From the human T2T-CHM13v2.0 reference genome, Homo sapiens, in assembly GCF_009914755.1 (NCBI RefSeq), contig NC_060940.1: a stretch of DNA of 64,000 nt; one strand, given 5' to 3'. Shown piece after piece: positions 40,698 through 60,707 of the stretch; positions within the stretch are counted from its first letter, which is position 1; every line of letters begins with the position of its first letter. Both the position numbers and the translations under genes were made by a program. The notes under the pieces are model-generated. The model worked only from the letters and a program-made list of their open reading frames with translations. It searched no databases and had not been told where the DNA came from.

Positions 40698-42058
40698 TGT
40701 GTCCGGAAGTGGTGGGTTCTTGATCTCATTGACTTCCAAGAACGAAGCCGCGGACCCTCACAGTGAGTGTTACAGTTCTTAAAAGCGGCGTATCTGGAGT
40801 TGGTTCTTTCTGATGTTTGGATGTGTTCGGAGCTTCTTCCTTTTGGTGGCTTCATGGTCTTACTGGCTCAGGAGTGAAGCTGCACACCTTTGCGTGAGTG
40901 TTACAGCTCTTAAGGTGGCAGGTCTGGAGTTGTTTGTTCTTCCCGGTGGGTTCGTGGTCTATGCTTGCTTCAGAAGTGAAACTGCAGACCTTCATGGTGA
41001 GTGTTACAGGTCACAAACACAGTGTGGACCCACAGAGCAAAAAAAATAAAGCTTCTATACCAGGGAAACGGACCCAGACCGCTTACCGCTGTTGATTCCG
41101 GCAGCCTGCTTTTATTCTCTTCTCTGGCACCGCCCCCCCCCCCCCCAATCCTGCTGATTGGTCCATTTTACAGAGAGCCGATTGGTCTTTTTTACAGAGA
41201 GCTGATTGGTCCGTTTTGACAGGGAGCTGATTGGTGCGTTTACAGTCCGTGAGCTAGACACGAAAGTTCTAAACCTCTCCACCAGAGTAGTTACATACAG
41301 AGTGTCCATTGGTGCATTCACAAACCCTGAGCTAGACACAGGGTGCTGATTGGTATGTTTACAAACCTTTAGCTAGATACAGAGTGCTGATTGGTGTATT
41401 TACAATCCCTTAGCGAGACATAAAGGTTCTCCAAGTTCCTCACTAGACTCAGGAGCCTGGCTGGCTTCACTGGGTGGATACCGCACGTGGGCCACAGGTG
41501 GAGCTGCCTACCAGTCCCGCACAGCGCGCCCGCACTCCTCAGCCCTTGGGCGGTGGATGGGACTGGGCACCGTGGAGTAGGGAGCGCCGCTCGTCAGGGA
41601 AGGTGGGGCCACGCAGGAACCCACGGCGGCAGGCCGGGAGGAGGCTCAGGCATGGCGGGCTGCAGGTCCCAAGCCCTGCTCTGCGGGGAGGCAGCTGCGG
41701 CCCGGCGAGAAATCAAGCACAGCAGCTGCTGGCCCAGGTGCTAAGCCCCTCACTGCTCGGAGCTTGTGGGCCGGCCGTCCGCTCAGAGTGCGGGGCGCAC
41801 CGAGCCCACGCCCACCTGGAACTTGCGCTGGCCCGCAAGCGTCGCGCGCAGCCCTGGTTCCCGCCCGCGCCTCTCCCTCAACACCTCCCCGCAAGCTGAG
41901 GGAGCCGGCTGCGGCCTTGGCCGGCCCAGAAAGGGGCTCCCACAGTGCAGCGGCGGGCTGAAGAGCTCCTCAAGCGCGGCCAGAGTGGGAGCCAAGGCCG
42001 AGGAGGCGCCGAGAGCGAGCGAGGGCTGTGAGGGTTGCCAGCAGGCTGTCACCTTTCA
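40698..42058 (-). mobile_element. LTR12 (ERV9) solo LTR, ~1.36 kb
   Basis: Ends TGTGTCCGGAA..GGTGGGTTCTTG and GCTGTCACCTTTCA; 4-bp TSD CTAT (40694-40697, 42059-42062); tandem GCTGATTGGT (CCAAT) repeats. Confidence 0.95.
41100..41400 (-). promoter_or_regulatory. LTR12 U3 promoter/enhancer: ~7 CCAAT (NF-Y) boxes and the AATAAA TATA-like box
   Basis: ATTGG near 41157, 41181, 41205, 41230, 41308, 41349, 41390; TTTTATT at ~41110-41116; known LTR12 architecture. Activity not shown. Confidence 0.6.
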
Positions 42059-42184
42059 CTATGAGGTAAGTGTTAAGGGAATGTTGTCATAGCTGTAGCA
42101 TTTTTCTTTTAGAGAAAGATATTTTAATTATGGAATTAACAGCACAGTACCTTTGAGGTGATGTTAACATTTTATTTTATTTTT

Positions 42185-42908
42185 TAAATTATAGATTCAG
42201 AAGGTACATGTGCAGGTTTGTTACATGGATATATTGCGTCATGGTGAGGTTTGGGCATCTAATGGACCCATCACCATAGTGAACGTTGTACCCCAGAGGT
42301 GATTTTTCGACCCTCACCCCTTCCCAACTTTTCCCCTTTTGGAATCCCCAGTGTCTGTTATTACCATCTTTTATGTCCATGTGTACCCATTTGTTTAGCT
42401 CCCACGTATAAGTGACAGCGTGCAGTATTTGATTTTCTGTTTCTGAGTTATTTCACTTAGGATAATGGCCTCCAGCTCCATTCATGTTCATGCAAAGGAC
42501 TTGATTTCACTCATTTTTATGGCTGCATAGTATTCCATGATATTTGAACATATGTATGTATAAATACCACATATATACACATAAATGTGTATTTTTACGT
42601 ATATATACACCACATACACACATGCGCACACACACAGCCCACATTTTCTTTATTTAATCCTGTCTTCATAACTACTTTGGTTGATTCCATGACTTTGCTA
42701 TTGTGAATTGTGCTGTGATAAAACATATATGTGCAGGTGTCTTTTTGATGTAAGCGTTTCTTTTCCTTTGGGTAGATTACACCCAGTAGTGTGATTGCTG
42801 CGTCAAATGGTGTTCTATTTTTAGTTCTTGGAGATATCTCCACCCTGTTCTCTATAGAAGCTGAACTAATTTACATTCCCACCAACAGTGTGTAAGCATT
42901 TCCTTTGT
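42185..42908 (-). mobile_element. L1 (L1MA/L1PB-like) 3' fragment
   Basis: GTACATGTGCAGGTTTGTTACATGG..GGATAATGGCCTCCAGCTCC..TTTACATTCCCACCAACAGTGT. Confidence 0.85.
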
Positions 42909-43773
42909 CTAGCTTTAATCAACTATGATGGATGGGGCCTAGCAGGGCATGGTCTCTGGCCTTGGACCTGAAACATGTTTCTGAACCTGGAGGGTATAAT
43001 TGTTCCTTTTGACTTATGGCTCCTGAGAACTCCCATCCCAGTGTCCCAGGAGCTCAGAACCAGGTGAAGGAAGAGGTGGTGGTTGGAGGCACTGCAGGGT
43101 GTCAAGTGGGCCAGTGCAAGACAGAGAAATGGGCAAAGGCCAGAGGCAGGAACCAAAGGAGATGCATAGATGCCAGGGTTTTAAAAGAATCACACTTTCA
43201 GGAAGGAAACCATTAATCACAGCCAAAATGGCAAATAAAACTGACAGTGAGTGAAAAATATGCATTTTAACAAATGAAAATGGCACCAAGGTTTGGCATA
43301 AGCACCAAAACTGTGCACTGATTCAGGGGGGTGAGTAAGCAGACTACTGCAGGAGGCTCACCATGGGCTGGTTAGGATAAAAATGCTCATAGTCTTCTTT
43401 TTAATTTTTTCTTGCCTATATTATTGAGTAATACAAGTGTGAGTTGTTTCATAATGTATATAGCTGTCTTGACACACATTTGATGGCTTGATCACATTGT
43501 CAACAATTAGAGTGCTTTTCCTCCTCTTTGGGAAGGCGTGGTGGTGTCATTTCCATGTAGCATTACTGCTACATGGACAGTAAGAAAGGTAAGTTAGTTA
43601 ATAAGTTACTCAGCTGTTAGACGGTGGTTCTGGGATTTTAACCCACTCAAACAGTGCCTCATGGAGCTCAAGGACTTTTCCCAGGATATCGCTCTGCATG
43701 CTTTGGGTATGTATGTACATTTGCATGTATACATGTATGTATGTATGTATGGAGGTATATGCATATTATATGA

Positions 43774-44159
<386 letters not shown>

Positions 44160-44883
44160 TAAGTTTTAAGAGCATACACTTTTGTTTTGGTTTTGCATTG
44201 ATTTTTTTTTTTTAAGAAATTCCCTCTGTGAATCTTGCCAAGCCAACCTGAGCCAAGGAAGCTAATGGATTATTGGATGTGTTTGTGAGTCAGTCCAGTT
44301 AATCCCATATTTCCTGGGCATCTGCTGGGTGCCACATGATTAAGCTGTGGCTGATGCCTTTGTGCCATTTTTAGGTGGCTGGTTGATGAATAGTCCAGGT
44401 GTCAGAAGGACTTAATTCATAAAAATGGGCTCAGGATATGGCCTGAAAAGAAATAAGTGTCAAGGGTAGGCAGATGGTTTCTGGAGCATTTATGGGTCTG
44501 AGACAGTGCACATAAAACAGTTGAATTTTGGGAGTTTGAATCAAGCTTCTGGAACTGCTAAAACCTGCGAATCATCTGGGAAACGCCAAGCAGCTGATGA
44601 CAAGGCACTGCTGTGTCCCCTCATTTGTATAGTGCTTTGCAATTGACAGAGACATTGATTTTGCACATTTCTCCCTGGAGCCCTGAAGCATCTCTGTGAT
44701 ATAAGCAGTTACATGTTTTATGTTCCACTCAAGGGATGAGAAAACAAAGGCCTGGAGAGGCATTGTAGTTGACTGTTAGAACTTCTTTTATGAAGAGGGA
44801 AAAGTCGAGAAAATTGAAGTGTAATGTTCAAATCGGGGCAATTGAGCCATCCAGAGCCTCAAACATATTGCATACATGCATCA

Positions 44884-45252
<369 letters not shown>

Positions 45253-45465
45253 CTACCAGAGCCAGGAGTGGAGTCCAGGGTTCTGCTTCTGTGGCCATAG
45301 TTCCCTTACATGCCTTAATTATGGGCCTGTGGCTCCTCCTTCCTTCATCCTGGTAGGAGGTGTTGGCAGTGATTTTTCAGGCTGGGCTCATTGGGGGGAA
45401 TCTCTCCTTTGTCACAGATTCAGAGTATCCCAGGGCTCCCACAGCAGGCTGAGGTGGGAGGATCA

Positions 45466-45837
<372 letters not shown>

Positions 45838-46774
45838 TCATTAGGAGTAGGGCCTGGGGAAAACACTTTGTATCTATTTCATGCCTTCCCAAAGAGCAAG
45901 GGGCTGTTACTTCTATTTTGCAAGTGAAGAGACGGAGGCTTGTATACAAGAAGATGCTTATGCAAAGTCACTTAATGAGAACCCGATTCTTTCTAAGTCC
46001 AAAGCCACTTTCTTCCTTTTATACTTTTACTTTTGCCAGAGACCAAAAGATATTCCCCTGAGACCTAGAAGCAAGAAGCACCATCTTTTTTGGCTTATGA
46101 ACAATTAATTCTTCTTTTGAGAGTGTGTGTACTCTTTCTGCATCTTCTTTTAAAAAAGCAGCTGTATTTAATGTATATAATTTGATGCATTTGGACATAT
46201 GCACACACTCATGAACCACCTCTTTTTCTTCTTGCAATCGCTTTTTCTATGACATCCAACAAAACAACTCTCTTTGCTGGGTACAGCCTGGGTAACTGCC
46301 AGGTCTCTGATTTAAAAGCATAATATGCTCGCCAAATGCACCACAACAATAGTAATGATCAGAAAGAATATTAAAGTCCTGGAATTCTTTGCTGCATCTC
46401 ACTTTTTTTTCCAGGGCTAGAGCGAAGGCTGAAAATACTGCAGTATTAACTCTGTCAGTCTGGCAGTCAGCAGAGTGCTGAAAATCCGAATGGGGGCTTT
46501 CTTGGCTGGGTGCTTAGGGGCAAGCTTCAGAGAATTTGTCTGTCCTGCTATGGTTCCTTGAGAACTTTTTCATTCCACCAAGGTTTGGCTGAGCAGCAGG
46601 GAAAGGGCGGTGAGACCAGTATGTGGAGTGAGAGCTGTGTTAGGACCATCAGCACACTTACATCGATTTTTGCTCTATGCCTGTGAGTTGGGTAGTAATG
46701 AGAAGAATGGTTTACATTTATGGATCTCTTACTGTGTGCCAGGCTCTGTGCTGAGCACTTTATTTTATTTTAAT

Positions 46775-48045
<1,271 letters not shown>

Positions 48046-48146
48046 GCTTGGCCAGGCTGGTCTCAAATTTCTGATCTCTGGTGATCCTCCTGCCTCGGCC
48101 TCCCAAAGTGCTGAGATTACAGGCATGCACCACCACACCCGGCAAG

Positions 48147-48325
48147 GTTGTGGTTCTTAACCAGGTGTGATTTTACTCCTCAGGAGTTTTGGTTGTCCTA
48201 ATGGGGAGGGTGGAGTGCTACTGGCATCTAGTGGGTAGAGGCCTGGAAGGATGTTGCTAAACATTCCACAACGTACAGTACAGTGATCCAGCCCAAAATG
48301 TCAATAATGCCAAGGTTGAAAAATC
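48147..48325. mobile_element. MER20 fossil (opposite orientation to 3454-3664)
   Basis: GTGGTTCTTAACC..TGCTACTGGCATCTAGTGGGTAGAGGCC..AAAATGTCAATAATGCCAAGGTTGA. Confidence 0.75.
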
Positions 48326-48659
48326 CTACCTTAAAGTCACATACTTAGAGCCAAGTCAGAACTTGAGTTCTGGACTTTAGACTTTAGACTCCTTGCACAG
48401 TGCTCAGAGTAACTTCAAGTGAAGTAACATTTCTTCAAGTGAAGGTGATCTGTTTTTACCCTCAGTTTGTGCCAACACAGGTCATTCACTGGCTCTCCAT
48501 CCAAAGATGATCCCTGTGCCTCTCCTAGGTAAATTATCTCTCCATTCCCTGTGCTCCTAACTCCTTGGGGGTGGTTGCAATGCTCATGACCCTGCCTTTG
48601 TTCTCTGTTTATCCCAGGGCCTTCCCCACTGAACAGTGAATTCTTGAAGAGAGAGATCA

Positions 48660-49312
48660 GGATGATGATGATGATGGTGGTGATGATATGGTGATGATGG
48701 TGGTAATGATGATGATGGTGATATGGTGATGATATGATGATGATGACAATGGTGGCAATGATGATGGTGATGATATGGTGATGATGGTGACAATAATTAT
48801 GATGATGGTGATGATTATGGTAATGGTGATAATGCTGCTGATGATATAATGGTGGTGATGACGGTGGTGATGATATGATGATAGTGATGATGAGAATGAT
48901 AATGGTATGGTGATGATAGTGATGTTGATGATGTTGATGATGACATGGTGATGGTGGCAATAATGATGGTGATGGTGATGATATCTGATGATGGTGATGA
49001 TAGTGACAATTATGGTGTTGGTGATATGGTGATGATGGTGATAATGAGGGTGATCATGATATGGCAGTGATGGTGACTATATGGTCATGGTTGTGATGAT
49101 GATGATGATGGTGATGGTAATAATGATATGAAGATGGTAGGTATAATGGTGATGGAGATGTTTATGGTGGTAATGATGGGGATGATGATAAAGCTGCTGC
49201 TGCTGATGGTAGTGATGATGGTGACAGTGATAATGGTGATGATGATAATATATAGTGTTGATAATTATGGTGATGATAATGAAGATGATGATGATAGCAA
49301 TGATATGGTGAT
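48660..49312. repeat. ~650-bp degenerate (GAT/GGT)n trinucleotide tract
   Basis: Direct reading; yields spurious poly-His ORFs on the minus strand. Confidence 0.95.
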
Positions 49313-50445
49313 TCTTCCTGGATTTTAGCGAGGGGAGTTCTTGGAGTGAGGAGCTGGGATGCAGAGGGCTCTATCAAGAGAAAGTATAGCCCTCTCAGCT
49401 GCGGCTCATGAGCTTCCCCATATGTAATCTGTGCCTTCCCTGCTGTGTTTTTCCTTGCTCGTCTTCAGACCAGTCAGTCATCCCTTGTGACATTAATAAT
49501 AACTTCTAATCCAGTGGCACTTGATGGTAAAGGTGCCTGCCCCTTGCACAGCCCAGAGGTTATCGACTGGAAAGCGGCATTGCGAGTCTGGTTTAATTTT
49601 CCGCCGCATTAATATTAATAGGAAACAGTTGACTCTGGGTGCAGATGTGGAGAAGATGCACAGGAACAAAGGCTGCCTGCAGTTCAGAAGGTTGGTGGGG
49701 GGCAGGGATCTTGGAGGGAACTCCACTTCTTCGCTCTGGGCCTCAGTTTCCCTCTCTCTAAAATGAAGGGTTGGAATCAGTGATTCAGAAGATACTCCCC
49801 CTTCCTGTACCTGTTCTGCTCTGACATTTTATATCAGCCTGGATCCCCACCATCCAATGCATGGGTCCCTAAGGGTGAACAGTCTTCAGAATGTAGCTTG
49901 GTTTCCTCTAGTGGCAGGGAGCTCACTACCTTCTAGGACAGCCATTTCCACTGTTGCGCAGCTGTGAGCTTTGCCGTTATTGATGACAGTAATAGTAGCA
50001 GTACCACTTGTGGGATGCTGAGTGTTTCCTATGTGTTATCGCCTCCTGGCCTCACAGTGACACTTCGTGGGAGGTGTGGTTGGTGTCATTATACAAAGGA
50101 TGAAGACGAAGCCTAGAAATGTCAAGAAACTTACCCACAATTGCCCAAGGAGGAAAGGCAGAGCAGGACCTTAACTCCAACTGGTTTGACTTGAAAACCC
50201 TGGTGTTTATTAACTGCAGGACAAAGGCACTCATGTGGGTAGCAGATGGAGGTAAGGTTAGTCCCAGCATTCTTGGAGGATGGCATCATCCTTAGTGGGT
50301 CGCAGAAGAAAGGCTGAGAAGGCAGGGCGTTGACGTGACACGACTAAGTCAGTCTGAGCACCTACTGTATGTCAGGTGCTGTGTGGTGATATTTCATTTA
50401 ATTTCTCCAACAACCTCATGAGGCAGGTACTGTTATTTATGGCAT

Positions 50446-51807
<1,362 letters not shown>

Positions 51808-53411
51808 CATTTTACAGGTGAGGAAATCCAGGCTCAGAGAGGGTGAGTGACTTGCTCAGAGTAGTACAGCCTATAGGCAGTGGGGATTTGAGCTAAGCAG
51901 TCTCATACCTATTAACTATGTCACCTTACCAGCACCTGGCATCTTGCCACTGGTGCTGGAAAAGCTATGCTCAGAGAGTGACACCCCCTTTTAACCTGCC
52001 CACTGGGTGGAAATAAGAAGGATATTTCTGAATGGATACTCTCCAACTTGGGTGTACCGGTGTGACTCCAGGACCATTCATTCCCTTCATTCAGAAAATA
52101 TTTACTGAGGTGCTTACTATGCCTCACAGATAGAAATACTGGTGAGCAAATAGACAAAAACCTCTCCCCCTGTGGAGCTCACATTCTAGAACGGGCGCAC
52201 CAGATCATAAGCCAAATAAATCAGCAGATTATCTGGGAAGGTGGGAAGTGGTAGATCTGACCAGGTGTAGTGGCTCACGCCCGTAATCCCAGCACTTTGG
52301 GAGGCCGTGGCAGGTGAATCACTTGAGGCCAGGAGTTTGAGACCAGCCCGGACAACATGGTGAAACCCCGTCTCTACTGAAAATACAAAAATTAGCTGGG
52401 CATGTTGGTGCATACCTATAATCTCAGCTACTGGGGAGGCTGAGATAGGAGAATCTCTTGAACCTGGGAGGCAGAGGCTGCAGTGGGCTGAGGTTGCACC
52501 ACCTCACTCCAGGCTCGATGACACAGTGAGACCCTGTTAAAAAAAAGCGATGGGTCTTGGGGTGAGGGCCTGGGGAATGGGTTGAGCCCTCCTGATTGAT
52601 GGGCTCTGTTAGGGGCTGAGGAGGGGACCGTATCTTTGGATGTCTGCCTGCTGCCCGGCAGGGACCCAGGGCCATTGCCCCATCTCAGCTTTCCTGCGCC
52701 TGATGGCTCTAGAGGCAGCAGGCTCCCCTCTGATGGGGCCCAAGACTAATGCTTCCATTTATTTTTGTGAGCGCTGGAAACTGCCATGGCTTATAACTGT
52801 CAGCAGCTGCCACTGAAGAAAGCCACGCTTTGCTGAGGTTGCTCTTTCTGGGAAAGGGAGAATGATGACATTTCTAATAGCTGCCTCCCCTTTCACAGAG
52901 GCAAATGCTGTGTACCCAGAAGCTACCTCCAAGAGCCGGTACTTAATTACTTTTGACTTTGCAAATGACAGGAGGGAGAGAGGTAAGAAGTGGACATACT
53001 TTCTTGGTTGAAGATGCGTTGAGTCTGACCTAATACAGGAATGTCTTGCCTTTTGTAAGACGACCTTAGGTAAAGGTTTGGGCTATGGGAGAAAAAGAGA
53101 TGTGAGTTTGAATGCTGGTTCCACCATGGGTGCTGGGTCACTTCCTTAACCTCTGTGAGCCTCAGGCTTCTCGTCTGTAGTGTGGGAATGAGACCACCCA
53201 GCTCTTAGGGTGTGGGGAGGACTTAGTAAGACCCCATGTGTGAAATGGCCTGTGATGGGCCAGGTGCCAGGGAATACAGTGGTGAGACAAAGCCCTGCAT
53301 CAAATAGCTTATGCCCTAACATGGGAGACAGGCAAAAACAAGCAAACAGGCCAGGCGCAGTGGCCCATGCCTGTAATCCCAGCAGTTTGGGAGGCTGAGG
53401 TGGGCAGATCA

Positions 53412-53774
<363 letters not shown>

Positions 53775-53969
53775 TCATCTCATTGTGGCCTCAAACTCTT
53801 GGCTTCAAGAGCTCCGCAAGCCTCAGCCTCCTGAGTACCTGAGACCACAGCATGCACCACCACATCCAGCTAATTTTTTTTTTTTTTTGTAGAAATGGAG
53901 TCTCCCAATGTTGGCCAGGCTGGCCTCAAACTCCTGGGCTCAAGTGATCCTCCCTCCTTGGCCTCCTGA

Positions 53970-54134
<165 letters not shown>

Positions 54135-54578
54135 TGACCATAAGTGCTTTTAGGACATACCATGCGTTGTGTTAGGATCTACAGGGGTGGGAACCTACCT
54201 TTGCGAAGGTGGTCAGGGAGATCTCTCTCATGAGAGAAGATTTAAGGGGAAACACGCAGGTTGAGAAGTAGTCAGTCACGGGATTATTGTAGGGAAGGGC
54301 AGGGATGGGGAGACAGCATGAGCAAAGGCCCCAGGGCTGGAAAGAGATGAGCTTGTTCTAGGGATGGATAAAAGCAGTGAGTGAGGGAGAACAGGATGTA
54401 AGACAAGGCGGGAGAAGAAGGCAGTGAACACTCATGCAGTGCCTTGTTGCTCACTGTAAAAATTTCAGATTTTTTTTTTTTTTTTTGAGATGGAGTCTGG
54501 CTCTACAATGGCACAGTCTCGGCTCACTGCAGCCTCTGCCTCCCTGGTGCAAGTGATTCTCCTGCCTCAGCCTCCTAA

Positions 54579-54758
<180 letters not shown>

Positions 54759-54904
54759 TAGGTTTTTATCCCAAGTACAGTGGGACATTCCCCCAGGAGC
54801 AAGAAGGCCAGAGTACAGTGAGCAGGTCAGGGCTTGTGGGCCATGGCAAAAAATTTAGTTTTTGTCTAAGTGCAAGAAAAAGCCCCTTAGAGAGTTTAAT
54901 TTAA

Positions 54905-55212
54905 TTTATTATTATTATGTTTTAAATTTCCATAGATTTTAGGGGAACAGGTGGTGTTTGGTTACATGAGTAAGTTCTTTAGTGGTGATCTGTGAGACTT
55001 TGGTGCACTCATCACCCAAGCAGTATATACTGCACCCATTTTATAGTCTTTTATCCCTCACCTGCTTCCCATCCTTTCCCCTGAGTCCCCAAAGTTGATT
55101 ATGTCATTCTTATATCTTTACATCCTCATGGCTTAGCTCCCACTTATGAGTGAGAACATATGATGTTTGGTTTTCCTTTCCTGAGTTACTTCACTTAGAA
55201 TAATAGTCTCAC
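54905..55212 (-). mobile_element. L1PB-type 3' end
   Basis: GGGGAACAGGTGGTGTTTGGTTACATGAGTAAGTTCTTTAGTGGTGAT. Confidence 0.85.
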
Positions 55213-55803
55213 TTGGAGAGTTTTAAGCAGAGGAGTATTGTTGCCTGTTTTAGGATTTTTTTTTTTTTTTTTTTTTAATGACACAGGGTCTCTCTCTGTC
55301 ACCCATGCTGGAGTACAGTGGCGTGACTATAGCTCACTGCAGCCTCGAACTCCTGGGCTCAAGTAATCTTCCTGCCTCAGCCACTCAACTAGCTGGGACA
55401 ATAGGTGCCCGCCACTATGCTCAGTTAATTAACAAAAAATTTATAGAGATAGGGTCTCACTATGTTGTCCAGGCTGGCCTCTAATTCCTGGCCTCAAGTG
55501 ACTCTCCTGCCTCAGCCTCCCAAAGTGCTAAAATTTCAGACATGAGCCACCATACCTGGGTAAGTTTAAATTTTTTTTTTTTTTGTAGGGATGAGGGTCT
55601 TGCTATCTTATCCAGGCTAGTCTTGAACTCCATGGCTCAAGCCATCCTCCCTCCTTGGTCTCCCAAAGTGCTGGGATGACAGGCATGAGCCACAGTGCCT
55701 GGACTGTTTTAGGAATGAAAAGGTCAGTCTGGCTGCTGGGTGGGAATGCAGCACTGCCATTAGGAGCAAACGGCACATGCCCTGGGGACCTGGGAAGTTG
55801 TAG

Positions 55804-56487
<684 letters not shown>

Positions 56488-56950
56488 TAAAAGGCTATTG
56501 GCAGTGACTAATGTTGCTAATTCTGATCAAACAATTTAAAATTCATCCTTTGCCATATCAGAGACCCGCTAGGGAACAGAATTAAGACATCATTTGTGGC
56601 AATTTCTGTGACAGTTGGTGGAAAACAGAAAAGACATTAAAATTGGTCTCAATTCAAACCACTGCTCATTAAATTGCCTCCTTGAAAATCCGCCATCTCG
56701 ATCTATACACTAGCTCTCCGTCTGTTCCCAGCTTATTAACCCAGAGCAAGGACCTTGACAAGCCAGCAGCTGGATCCAAGATGCTGGGAACTTCCTGGGA
56801 TGTCTGGGAGAGCACATCCTGACACCCTCTGCTCCCTCCCACCGGCGCCGCCTTTGAGCCTTCCTGCCTCTGCCCCAGGAGCGGATGTGCCTCACATTTC
56901 CAAGAGTTAAACTTCAGGAAGCCAAATATTAAAAAAAGAATCAAGCTTCC

Positions 56951-58143
<1,193 letters not shown>

Positions 58144-58560
58144 GTGTGATCTGGGAAGACAAACTCTTAGGAATCTTCTCCCTTCCCAACACCCCCTCCC
58201 TGTTTTACTGGAGTAAAACAAATCCCTGGAGTAAAAATCCCTGTTTCCTCCAGGGATTTGACAATTATCTTAAAGCTGTATCAGTTTGAATGATCCACTA
58301 TCTGCAGGTAGACCTTCCCCTCTTATTTGAATTCCTCTGCCTATTTAGGAAGTTCTCCCTAGGAATACTATGACTTTCTTTCCTTTCCTTTAAACACAAT
58401 TTTAAAAAAATGTACAAATAGCCTGGGTGCCGTGGCTCCCACCTGTAATCTCAGCACTTCGGGAGGCCGAGGAGGGTGGATCACCTGAGGTCAGGACTTT
58501 GAGACCAGCCTGGCCAACATGGTAAAACCTCGTCTCTATTAAAAATACAAAAATTAGTCA

Positions 58561-58695
<135 letters not shown>

Positions 58696-59272
58696 TCATC
58701 TCAAAACATAATAAATAAAAAATGGAGAAATAATAATTGTAGATATTTTGGAGGAACAGTGTGATGTTTTGATATATGTATACATTGTGGAATGATTAAG
58801 TCAAGCTGATAGACATAGCCGTCTCTTCACATACTTAAACTTTTGTGCAACAGATGTCAAAAGCTCATTCCTCCTGTCTAACTGGAATTTTATACACTTC
58901 TGACTTTCGTGGCCATGGTAGGGCCTGAATCTGTCTCTAGGGCATAAAAGTGAGACAACCTGGGATCTTCAGAAGTGTCATGTCTGAGTTTCCTGAAATG
59001 AATGAAAAGGTGTACAGCTGCTGTCTGCCATGAATGGCATCAAGGAGACCTAAGGATTAATCCAATAATGAGAGAAGGGGAGAGAGAGAGAGAGAGAGAG
59101 AGAAAGATGGGGTGGAGCTGAGAGAGACAGAGAGATTGGGGTGGAGGATGACATTACATTTCTATGTTCTGTGACTCCCTTCAGCATCCATCTTGTTTGC
59201 TAGATGGTAGGTGTGGGATGGTTTATCACTCCTTTGAAAATGTTTCTTCCACTCATGGGCGATTTCTGCTGA

Positions 59273-59530
<258 letters not shown>

Positions 59531-59611
59531 TGACCTGATGATCCACTCACTTCAGCCTCCCAAAGTGCTTGGGATTACAGGTGTGAGCCACTGTGCTCAG
59601 CCACTTATTAT

Positions 59612-60046
59612 TGTTAAAGCAAACTACATATGGCCTGAGAAGGACTTCATACTTCTACGTTTGAGTCCTTGTGCACCACCTGTAACCTAGCTTAATAGAC
59701 AAGATTGAAAAGCTCATTTAGGAGTATGTGCCTGTAACAATAGCTGAGTCTTGGCCAATCCCAGTGGCCGAACTTCAACCACTCATAGACTGTTAAATGC
59801 TCAAACTGTGTTTAAATAAGGCAAATGCCAACCTGTAACCAATCCAGCTGTTTCTGTACCTCACTGTTGATTTCTGTACGTCATTTCCCTTTTTCATTTT
59901 TTTTTTGTCTATAAATCTTCCACCACGTGGCCGCGCTGGAGTCTCTGAGAATCTGTTCCAGTTCTGGGGGCTGCCCGGTTCGCAGATCATTCATTGCTGA
60001 ATTAAACTCCTTTACATTTAATTTGGCTGAAGTTTTACTTTTATCA
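59612..60046 (+). mobile_element. MER57A-type ERV1 solo LTR
   Basis: TGTTAAAGCAAACTACATATGGCCTGAGAAGGAC...GGCTGAAGTTTTACTTTTATCA; TSD TTAT. Confidence 0.85.
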
Positions 60047-60707
60047 TTATTAATGTGCCTTTGTGGGGAGCTGCTTCACTCCTGTGAACCTCAGTTTTCT
60101 CTCCTGTAAAATGGGCTTTTGTGGAAGCCCCCATGCTGGATCAGGCCTCCTGCGTTTTGCGTGTGTGGCTTCCTCTGTCTGGAATGTCCTTTCTGCCCCT
60201 TGCTATTCCCAGGTAATTTCCATTGGCCCACCAAATATCAGGACTCAGGTATGATGTCAAGGTCTTCTGCAGCCCTTGTTGACCTTCCCTGTCCCACTGC
60301 AGTGGCTGCCCCTCCTCTGTGCTCCTGGCACCCTGTGAATCTGCATTGAGGTTGCTTGTGCCTCTGTGTTCTTCATTATGCACTGAGCTCTGTCAGAGCT
60401 GGGCCTGTCTCTAATTCATCCTTGTTTCCTTAAATTCCAGCGAGGAACTAGTAGATGGGGAATGTGGCTTGGGACAGGACCGTGGGGAGCCATTATTCCT
60501 TCTCCTGTCTCCTCCTTGGACTTGCTTCTGGAGGGCTACCTTCCAAACATCCTCCTGAAGAATTCCTTCTTTTCTGACCCACAGTGAAGTTCACCAAAGA
60601 TGAAGCATTACAACATGCATTCACTTTGTCTCTGTTTCCCTGGAACTGTCTCACAGTTCCACTCTTGTGCCATCAGCATTTTCTCTGAGCCCAGTGAGGG
60701 ACACTTA

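Noticed and set aside
41474-42092. GC-rich ORFs / apparent CpG-island gene start
   Set aside because: Entirely within the LTR12 U3 region.
48415-48960. 181-aa His-rich ORF
   Set aside because: Reverse translation of the degenerate (GAT/GGT)n tract.
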